From Okeania sp. (GTDB lineage Bacteria > Cyanobacteriota > Cyanobacteriia > Cyanobacteriales > Microcoleaceae): 22,631 nt of DNA. The DNA is taken from contig NZ_JAYKGW010000207.1 in NCBI RefSeq assembly GCF_035285525.1, positions 1-22,631 on the forward strand, given 5' to 3'. The position numbers and the translations under genes are program-made. Shown one piece after another: positions 15,685-22,631 of the stretch. The notes under the pieces were generated by a model. It was not told the origin of the DNA, searched no databases, and saw only the letters and a program-made list of their open reading frames with translations. The stretch's first letter is position 1, and every line of letters starts with the position of its first letter.

Positions 15685-18600
15685 TTACATTGGTAAAATA
15701 ATCGCAAGTGTTGTACCTTCTCCAACTACAGATTCACAAATAATCTCACCACTGTGTTTCTCAACAATAATTTGGTAGGCGATCGCCATTCCTAAACCTG
15801 TTCCTTTACCCACTCCTTTAGTGGTAAACCCTTGTTCAAAAATTCGGTCTCTAGTCTCTGGTTTCATTCCCTGACCATTGTCTTCAATTTCAATCTGTAT
15901 TTGATTTTCATCTAGTTGAGAAGTGCGAATTTTAATTTGATTTGGTTTCTCCTGAATCTCAGCATAAGTTTTACCAAGATTAGCGTCATCAAAAGCATCA
16001 ATCGCATTTGCCAAAATATTCATAAATACCTGATTTAACTGACCAGGAAAACAGTTAATTTCTGGCACTTCCTCATACTGTTTCATAATTTCTATTGACG
16101 GACGTTTATCGTCAGCTTTAGTGCGATGCTTCAGGAGTAATAATGTACTCTCAATCCCATCATGGATATTGAATGCTACTTTATGTTCCTGGTCTTTGCG
16201 GGAAAATATTCTCAAACTGCTGCTGATATTTCTCATTTGCTCGACTCCCACATTCATCGACTTGAGAACGTTAGGGAAGTCTGCTCGTAAATATTCCAAA
16301 TCTATCTCTTTAGCATGATTCGCCAGAACTTCCGTAGAACTATTCTGCTCATACAGAGCCAAATGCTCTAATAAATCAGATAAGTTTTCTTGAGCTATTT
16401 GCACATTGCCAGCAATAAACCCCAAAGGATTATTGATTTCATGGGCAATACCAGACATTAAATTACCTAATGCTGACATTTTTTCACTTTGCACCATTTG
16501 CAATTGGGTTTTTTGTAACTCTTGAAGAGTTTTTTCTAAAGCTTCAGATTTTTCTCGGAGGGCAGTTTCTGTAGCTTTGAGCTGACTAATATCCCGCATG
16601 GTAGTCGAAAAATATTCTGGCACTCCCTCAGCAGATTTGTGAGCAATAATAACTTGAGAAACTAGGATTTCTCGTCCTGTTGAATCTATAACTGCTGTTT
16701 CTCCAAACCAAGTTCCATCACGAGTAGCGATAGGAATGCCTTCATTGAAAATGATTTCATTTGCCCACTGGGGATGGTTTTCTGTGAGTTTAAATGAGTT
16801 CCCCTCAGAATGTAGTTCTGGTCGTAGTTTTTTAAATTGAGCATTCATCCATAATACCCTGCATTGAGTATCGACAATACCAACATAGTCAGAAGTCATT
16901 TCTAAAATAGCAATGAGACGTTTTTGTTCTTGCTCTAGTTGTATGCGCTCGGTAATATCCTCGTAGCTGCCTAACATTCCGTATACTGCTCCATTTTCAT
17001 CACACAATGGAATTTTGTTTGTGTCTAGCCACCTGATTGTACCATCACTCTGTCTTTGGGTTTCAATAATGTGTAATTCAGGTTGGTTAGATTCCATCAC
17101 CCGGCGATCGCATTCTCGAAAGAAGTCAGCCTCTTCTTTAGTACAAGGGATGTCGTAATCATTTTTACCAATCAGAGCTTCGGGAGAACTAAAATTTACC
17201 ATTTTAGCAAGTTTTTGGTTGCATCCTAAAAAAGTCGAGTTTCTATCTTTCCAGAAAACGTATTGGGGAATGGTATCAATAATTTGTCTGAGTAAGTTTT
17301 CTGATTTTTTGACTTGTTGTAGTGATAATTCCGATTTCTGATGCAGTTGCGCATTTTTAATAGAGATGGCAGCTTGATTAGAAATAAAGTTGAGCATGAG
17401 AATACGCTCTGGGGTAAATACATCACGAGTCAGTTGATTTTGTAAATAGAGAATGCCTATCAATTTTCCCTGATTTAACATTGGTAAACACAAAATACTT
17501 TGGGGTTGATTTTGCTGTAGATAGTTATCAATAATTGGTAAGTCGGTGTCAATATTATTAATAACTAATACTTCTCTAGTATTTTTAACATATTGAATGA
17601 GTTGAACTGGTAAGTTAGTATTATCTGTGAGGAGTTTGGTACAGAGTTGGGTGCTATCTGTAGTCGCAACAGCTCTGAGATGCCAAACATGATTTTCATC
17701 CCTGATGAAAATGAGGCAGCGATCGCCCCCAGAATTTTCCAGAATAATCTGACTTAGTTGATAGAGAAGTTCGTTGAGTTGGATGACTTCAGAAATAGCT
17801 TGAGAAGATTTCAAGACGGTGGCTAAATCAAGGGTAGTATTGATAATTGTTTGAGACTGATGATTCAGGAGCTTAGACGAGTGACTTGAAAGTTTAGGTA
17901 CAGCAATATTTGTCAGAGTATCCCATAATTTAGGAGATTGGGTTCCTGCTTGGAAAATAGGTTGTAGTAATTGGGGATATCGTTTTTCTAAGTCGTCAGT
18001 TTTCGCTTTTGCCCCCCAACGAGCGTAGCAATAGTAAGCCTCTTGCATATAGCTTGCTGCAACTTTTTCTTTACCCCAGTTTAGGTAAAATTTGGCTGTT
18101 AGTTCATTAGCAAGTGCTTCTTCTTGAAGATATTCGTTTTCTTTGGCTCCAACAATGGCGCGATCGTATAGTTCAATAGCTTCTGATTTTTGATTAAGAA
18201 CTCGATATCGTTCAGCTTCTACTAAGTTAAATTTATGCAAATAATTCATGGGAGCATGATTTTTCCATATCTTCATCTTTTCCTGATTAGTTTGAACTCT
18301 ATCAAGAATTGTTTCTTGTTCCGACACAGAAACTTCTGGATAAATTGCTAGTCGTACTAAAGAATCATAAAAATAGAACAGAGAAACCACAACCAATCCA
18401 GTTACTCCTCCTAGAGACTCTTCTGCAATTTTGGCATTATTTAATGCTTGAGAGTAATCATTGAATAAATAACTAAGTAAAAGTTTATTAATAAATAGAT
18501 GATTAATAGTATATAAATCTTGAGCTTGTTGATGGAGAGGTAGCATTTTCTCCTCGTTGTATGCTACCCCAATTAAACTATGCAAATGTTCAGACTTTCC

Positions 18601-21600
18601 TTGTAAATTTAAAGTAGTTTGTTGGTAAATACAACACCAATTTAAAGCCACTTGCTGCTTAACTCTCCTTAAGGAATCAATATAAACTGTCTGGTCTTTT
18701 TCCAAAATATCTAAGTTTTTTCCTAACCAAAAAGAATGAGTCAAATAAATGTAAGCACAATAACCAACATATTCAAAATCTCCAGTTTCCAGTCCAGCAG
18801 AATAACCCTCAAGAGCAGGTGATAAAGTTTCTCTAATATGAGCTTGCCAATGAGCTACATGGGCATTAACAACAGTCAATATCTTGGCTTTCAGTTCTTG
18901 AGCGTTAAATTTTGATAAAACTTTTAAGGCTAATTTTCCAAATTCGGAACCAGTATCAATATCACCAAAAGAACCAGAAAGAAGTAAGCCATAAATACTG
19001 TAACCGTAAGCAGATATTGATGTATTACCCTCTCTCAAGGATAATTTTACCATTTCAAAAGCGATCAATGGAACCATAACTTGATAGCTCTGAAAAGCAG
19101 CAGGAAGAGTTTGCATTAAAATTTTCATAGCTGCAACGTTTTCGGGAACGCTCATTATTGGCAAGTCAATCAAATCAGGAATAGATTTCCCCTTCAAATT
19201 CTCAACTACTTGGTCAAAACCTTTCTGAATATCAGAAGGTTGTGGTTGCTCTGGAAAGTTAACGCCTAATTCTTGTAGAATTAAACCTGCGATTTTAATT
19301 GCTTCTAGCTGTTGACTTTGGACAATGCAAGCAGTTATTTTAATTTCATAAACGGGTACTTTGTCGAGTAAAGTTTGGGTATTTTGGAGAATAATTTCTG
19401 TAAATTCCTGCATCTGCTCAAAATTTCCATTTAAGTAAGCAACTTCAGTAACTAAATTATATAATTCCAGAGTTAATTTATATTCACTGTTCCAACTATC
19501 TTCACTGAGTAACTCCAACCCAATTAATAAATATTCAATGGCTGCACTGTAAGCAGTTGCCACTTTGGCTTTTTTCCCAGCTATGAAATTTAATTGAGCT
19601 AGTTGACATTCCTCTCTGATATCATCAATTAATGATCTACCAATATTTAAGTGATTGATAAAATCAAAAATATATTCTGCTTGTTCCTCTTTGGGAATAT
19701 TACTTAACAACCCTCGACCTATTTGTAAATGAGTTCTTTGTTTTCGGTCTTCAGGAATCAAAGAATAAGCTGCTTGTTGCACTCTATCGTGCAAAAAACG
19801 ATAACTCACTGCCACTGTCTGAGTTTGGCTTTCATACCCACTACCCTGAAAAAACTTATAATTTTCAGAAATAGGTACAATCAACCCCTCTTGTAACGCT
19901 CCCCAAATATCTGCTGCCACCTCTGCTTCTGGTTTGTCACACACCACCGCTAACGTTTTTAAATTAAACTGATTTCCAATACAAGCTGCTAACTTTAATA
20001 CTTCCTGTGTTCCTACTACCAATTTTTGCAACCGCCCCGCCACAAACTCCACCACATCATCTGTAATCACTGCATCACGCACCTCCAACAAATTACATTC
20101 CCAATATCCTAACTTCAAATTAAACTTAATCAGTTCATCTTCATGCAACCCTTGCAAAAACTGCGTAGTAAAAAATGGGTTGCCTTTGGTTTTTTGATAC
20201 ACTAACTCTGTCAAAGGTTGAGCTAATTTTTGACTACATTTCAAAGTATCTGCTATTAATTGATTGATATGATTAATTGCTAACGGTGGCAAAGTAATTG
20301 TAGAAACAACTGCCTGCTCTTCTTTTAATTCTGCTAAAGTTAACATCAATGGATGAGCTGGATACACTTCATTATCTCGATATGCTCCCAACAGTAATAA
20401 ATATCTAGTTTCTCCACCACTCATTAATACTTTCATCAAATTTAACGATGCTGAATCTGCCCATTGTAAGTCATCTAAAAATATAACTAATGGATGTTCA
20501 ACACTCGTAAATACACCGATAAATTTTTGAAATAGTAAGTTAAAACGATTTTGAGCAGCATTGCCAGAAAGTTCGGGAACAGGTGGTTGACTACCGATAA
20601 TATTTTCTAGTTCTGGTACTACCTCAATGATAACTTGAGCGTTATCTCCCAAAGCGTTGAGAATTTCAGTTTTCCAAGTGGTTAATTCTGTATCTGACTC
20701 ACTCAGTAATTGTTTCATCAAATCTCGGAAAGCTTGCACAAACGCAGAGAACGGAATATTGCGATTAAACTGGTCAAACTTACCTTTGATAAAATATCCA
20801 TTTTGCCGAACTATAGGTTTATGAACTTCATTAATTACAGCAGTTTTGCCAATCCCAGAAAATCCTGCCACTAGAAGAAGACGGGGAGTGTGGGAGAGGT
20901 GGGAGGATGTTTTGACTCGAAGAAACCGGGTTTCTGTTTCTGGGTTCTCTTTTGGTAACTCCCCCCTTTCAAAGGGGGGTTGGGGGGGATTACTAACTCT
21001 ATCAAAAGCATCCAATAAAGCTTGAACTTCAGGTTCCCGTCCATAGAGTTTTTCAGGAATCATAAAGCGATCGCTCCTATCCCTGTCCCCCAAATCAAAT
21101 GATATAATTTCTCCTGTAGTTTCTAACTGTTGCCGACATTTCTCTAAATCGTGCTTCAAACCCAAAGCACTCTGATAACGGTCTTCCGCATTTTTCGCCA
21201 TTAATTTCAGTACAATGTCGATGAGGATTTGAGGTATTTCTACACTCCCCTCCTGGGAGGGGTTAGGGGTGGGTTGACTCTGTAGGGACGTTGGAAACAA
21301 AAATGCGAACGTCCCTACTTCCTGTTCCCTAGTCCCTACTTCCTGTTCCCTAGTCCCTACTTGCGGTTCCCTAGTCCCTACTTGCGGTTCCCTAGTCTCT
21401 ACTTCCTGCTCCCTATTTCCTAATACAGTTGGTGTTTTAGCAATATGACAATGAACTAACTCCATCGGATCGCTGCTTTCAAAAGGCAACTTTCCAGTCA
21501 GGAGTTCAAAAAATGTGACACCAAGAGAATAAAAGTCACTGCGATAGTCAATACCTCGATTCATCCGTCCGGTTTGCTCTGGAGAAATGTAAGCTAGAGT

Positions 21601-22131
21601 TCCTTCCAGAATATTCGGACTAATCAACTGTTGTTGTTCTCTAGGCAGTAGAGTAGAAATGCTAAAGTCAATGAGTTGAACTTGTTTAGTTTGCGGATGG
21701 ATGAGAATATTACTAGGCTTAATATCTTTGTGAATGACACACTGTTGAGTCAGATATTGGAGAGCTTCTGTCAGTTGAATAGCAATATTGAGGAAATTGC
21801 TGAGACTAGGTTCTGATTTTGGCCAATAATCAGACAAAGCGATCGCTCCTGAATCTGGCATGATTAGAGCATAGCTATTGCCATAGCGTTCTAGGGCTAG
21901 AGGTTTAACAATAGTTGGATGTTCCAGATGACGAGTAATGATATATTGGTTGCGGAATTGGACTAATTCATGGAAACTGGGGTGAGGATTCCGTAATACT
22001 TTGATAATTACTGATTTCTGGTCCCAGTTTCCTTGACCACGATAGACCAGAGTGCGTGTTCCTTGGTATAAATTTTCCCTGACATAGTAGTTGGGAAGGT
22101 TAAACATAATATTATTATTCATGGTTTTCAT
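15685..22131 (-). CDS. HstK-type multidomain kinase: Ser/Thr protein kinase, AAA/STAND-like ATPase, TPR-like region, GAF, two PAS, HisKA/HATPase_c
   Basis: STK motifs: VIIKVL, HKDIKPSN, DFS, LAYISPEQ, DRYQSA. P-loop: VAGFSGIGKT. GAF: …DRCLIFIRDE…LCLPMLNQGKLIGILYLQNQ. PAS regions are present. H-box: GIAHEINNPLGF. G-boxes: DNGQGM, GKGTGLGMAI. Confidence 0.95.
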   Translation of the reverse strand: MKTMNNNIMFNLPNYYVRENLYQGTRTLVYRGQGNWDQKSVIIKVLRNPHPSFHELVQFRNQYIITRHLEHPTIVKPLALERYGNSYALIMPDSGAIALSDYWPKSEPSLSNFLNIAIQLTEALQYLTQQCVIHKDIKPSNILIHPQTKQVQLIDFSISTLLPREQQQLISPNILEGTLAYISPEQTGRMNRGIDYRSDFYSLGVTFFELLTGKLPFESSDPMELVHCHIAKTPTVLGNREQEVETREPQVGTREPQVGTREQEVGTREQEVGTFAFLFPTSLQSQPTPNPSQEGSVEIPQILIDIVLKLMAKNAEDRYQSALGLKHDLEKCRQQLETTGEIISFDLGDRDRSDRFMIPEKLYGREPEVQALLDAFDRVSNPPQPPFERGELPKENPETETRFLRVKTSSHLSHTPRLLLVAGFSGIGKTAVINEVHKPIVRQNGYFIKGKFDQFNRNIPFSAFVQAFRDLMKQLLSESDTELTTWKTEILNALGDNAQVIIEVVPELENIIGSQPPVPELSGNAAQNRFNLLFQKFIGVFTSVEHPLVIFLDDLQWADSASLNLMKVLMSGGETRYLLLLGAYRDNEVYPAHPLMLTLAELKEEQAVVSTITLPPLAINHINQLIADTLKCSQKLAQPLTELVYQKTKGNPFFTTQFLQGLHEDELIKFNLKLGYWECNLLEVRDAVITDDVVEFVAGRLQKLVVGTQEVLKLAACIGNQFNLKTLAVVCDKPEAEVAADIWGALQEGLIVPISENYKFFQGSGYESQTQTVAVSYRFLHDRVQQAAYSLIPEDRKQRTHLQIGRGLLSNIPKEEQAEYIFDFINHLNIGRSLIDDIREECQLAQLNFIAGKKAKVATAYSAAIEYLLIGLELLSEDSWNSEYKLTLELYNLVTEVAYLNGNFEQMQEFTEIILQNTQTLLDKVPVYEIKITACIVQSQQLEAIKIAGLILQELGVNFPEQPQPSDIQKGFDQVVENLKGKSIPDLIDLPIMSVPENVAAMKILMQTLPAAFQSYQVMVPLIAFEMVKLSLREGNTSISAYGYSIYGLLLSGSFGDIDTGSEFGKLALKVLSKFNAQELKAKILTVVNAHVAHWQAHIRETLSPALEGYSAGLETGDFEYVGYCAYIYLTHSFWLGKNLDILEKDQTVYIDSLRRVKQQVALNWCCIYQQTTLNLQGKSEHLHSLIGVAYNEEKMLPLHQQAQDLYTINHLFINKLLLSYLFNDYSQALNNAKIAEESLGGVTGLVVVSLFYFYDSLVRLAIYPEVSVSEQETILDRVQTNQEKMKIWKNHAPMNYLHKFNLVEAERYRVLNQKSEAIELYDRAIVGAKENEYLQEEALANELTAKFYLNWGKEKVAASYMQEAYYCYARWGAKAKTDDLEKRYPQLLQPIFQAGTQSPKLWDTLTNIAVPKLSSHSSKLLNHQSQTIINTTLDLATVLKSSQAISEVIQLNELLYQLSQIILENSGGDRCLIFIRDENHVWHLRAVATTDSTQLCTKLLTDNTNLPVQLIQYVKNTREVLVINNIDTDLPIIDNYLQQNQPQSILCLPMLNQGKLIGILYLQNQLTRDVFTPERILMLNFISNQAAISIKNAQLHQKSELSLQQVKKSENLLRQIIDTIPQYVFWKDRNSTFLGCNQKLAKMVNFSSPEALIGKNDYDIPCTKEEADFFRECDRRVMESNQPELHIIETQRQSDGTIRWLDTNKIPLCDENGAVYGMLGSYEDITERIQLEQEQKRLIAILEMTSDYVGIVDTQCRVLWMNAQFKKLRPELHSEGNSFKLTENHPQWANEIIFNEGIPIATRDGTWFGETAVIDSTGREILVSQVIIAHKSAEGVPEYFSTTMRDISQLKATETALREKSEALEKTLQELQKTQLQMVQSEKMSALGNLMSGIAHEINNPLGFIAGNVQIAQENLSDLLEHLALYEQNSSTEVLANHAKEIDLEYLRADFPNVLKSMNVGVEQMRNISSSLRIFSRKDQEHKVAFNIHDGIESTLLLLKHRTKADDKRPSIEIMKQYEEVPEINCFPGQLNQVFMNILANAIDAFDDANLGKTYAEIQEKPNQIKIRTSQLDENQIQIEIEDNGQGMKPETRDRIFEQGFTTKGVGKGTGLGMAIAYQIIVEKHSGEIICESVVGEGTTLAIILPM
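20919..20991. repeat. Dispersed-repeat DNA embedded in-frame in the kinase CDS (linker before the P-loop)
   Basis: The segment gaagaaaccgggtttctgtttctgggttc…cccccctttcaaaggggggttgggggggatt encodes NPPQPPFERGELPKENPETETRFLRVK. The agaaaccgggtttctgggttc motif is the same as the unit of the intergenic tandem repeat at 2353-2463. Confidence 0.75.
21252..21318. repeat. Composite dispersed repeat plus perfect hairpin embedded in-frame in the kinase catalytic domain
   Basis: The 35-nt stretch at 21252-21286 (ctgggaggggttaggggtgggttgactctgtaggg) recurs at 22357-22391 in intergenic DNA with two mismatches. There is an 11-bp perfect IR: gtagggacgtt (21282-21292) and aacgtccctac (21308-21318). Confidence 0.8.
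21311..21415. repeat. 21-bp tandem repeat, five copies, in-frame in the kinase domain (encodes REQEVGT/REPQVGT heptads)
   Basis: Units lie at 21311, 21332, 21353, 21374 and 21395 (gtccctacttcctgttcccta, with variants ttgcgg and gtctct). Confidence 0.9.
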
Positions 22132-22147
22132 AAAGGTAAGTAGTAAG

Positions 22148-22431
22148 TAGGGACGTTTTCTGCCCTTGAGCGGACATGAAACGCATTTTTGTTATGCAAC
22201 GTCCGTACTTGATTTTGGTAAATCTCCAGTTTTTAATAAAATTTCACTTTTATAGTTTTTAGTAAGTCCTGAGTAGGTTGGGTTTTGTAACCCAACAATA
22301 AAGGTTTTCTGAATTTACTTGAGTTGGGTTTCGATGCCTCAACCCAACCTACTTTTCTGGGAGGGGTTAGGGGTGGGTTAACTCTGTACGGAATGCAACT
22401 CTGTACGGAGGTTGCATGCAACGTCCCTACT
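22148..22431. repeat. Repeat-dense intergenic region (several hairpin and dispersed repeat families)
   Basis: Contents: gtagggacgtt (22148-22158) and aacgtccgtac (22198-22208); gtaagtcctg (22264-22273); taggttgggtt…aacccaacctac inverted copies (22275-22352); ctgggaggggttaggggtgggtt (22357-22379); gttgcatgcaac palindrome followed by aacgtccctac (about 22410-22431). Confidence 0.7.
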
Positions 22432-22441
22432 CTCTACTAGA

Positions 22442-22631
22442 TTAAATTGGTATATCTATCATAAACCTTGTACCTTTCCCCAATTCCGAAAAACACTGCA
22501 ATTTGCCTCCATGTTGCTCCGTAACTATTTGATAACAAATAGACAAACCCAATCCAGTACCTTGACCAACTGGTTTGGTAGTAAAGAAAGGGTCAAAAAT
22601 ACGTTGTTGAACATTTTCACTCATTCCCGGT
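22442..22631 (-). CDS. Histidine kinase, C-terminal HATPase_c end only (the gene continues beyond the window)
   Basis: …[53 protein letters not shown] shows the G1/F/G2 boxes. The frame is open to the window edge, so the M at 22624 is not the real start. Confidence 0.85.
   Translation of the reverse strand, partial: PGMSENVQQRIFDPFFTTKPVGQGTGLGLSICYQIVTEQHGGKLQCFSELGKGTRFMIDIPI

Noticed and set aside
16121-17426. Small ORFs (65 and 66 aa) within or antisense to the giant kinase CDS
   Set aside because: They are embedded in a continuous 2148-aa ORF with domain motifs throughout.
22233-22421. 62-aa minus-strand ORF between the two kinase genes
   Set aside because: Its translation (…PPLTPPRKVGWVEASKPNS…) is a read-through of the ggggttagggg and aacccaacctac dispersed repeats. 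It is not a gene.
1-22631. tRNA, rRNA or other canonical structured RNA genes
   Set aside because: I found no T-loop/GTTCGAATC-like or rRNA-like conserved blocks by eye. A covariance-model scan would be needed to exclude small RNAs in the gaps at 7110-8147 and 13367-13831.

Overview
The window looks like chromosomal DNA from a filamentous, heterocyst-forming (Nostocales-type) cyanobacterium. Support for this: seven perfect HIP1 octamers (GCGATCGC at 371, 12878, 15779, 17104, 17719, 21067, 21839), heptamer and octamer STRR-like arrays, many short dispersed hairpin repeats, an NdhF1-type gene and an HstK-type Ser/Thr-plus-His kinase. Gene order is as follows. ndhF lies at 100-2145 (-). A Cache-HAMP-HisKA-HATPase-REC-class III cyclase sensor lies at 2657-6085 (+). 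An accessory segment (about 6.4-15.5 kb) follows, bounded by a decayed Uma2 endonuclease gene and a truncated ISAs1 transposase remnant. A 2148-aa STK-AAA-GAF-PAS-HK giant lies at 15685-22131 (-), and the 3' end of another histidine kinase closes the window. The accessory segment holds the most interesting content, a same-strand five-gene candidate RiPP locus. It contains an orphan lasso-type B2 (transglutaminase-fold Cys protease) gene and a small PEP-CTERM protein. It also contains a 229-aa precursor with two tandem NHLP leader domains and a short Cys/Ser/Thr-rich C-terminus, a ProcM-like CCG-type class II lanthipeptide synthetase (LanM), and an NTP_transf_5-type nucleotidyltransferase. The window has no C39-peptidase ABC exporter, no lasso cyclase and no PqqD/B1 RRE, and the precursor lacks a GG-type cleavage motif. 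I therefore read this as a non-canonical, possibly hybrid lanthipeptide system in which the B2 protease and the nucleotidyltransferase may act in maturation or tailoring. All family calls come from motif recognition by eye. No searches were run.
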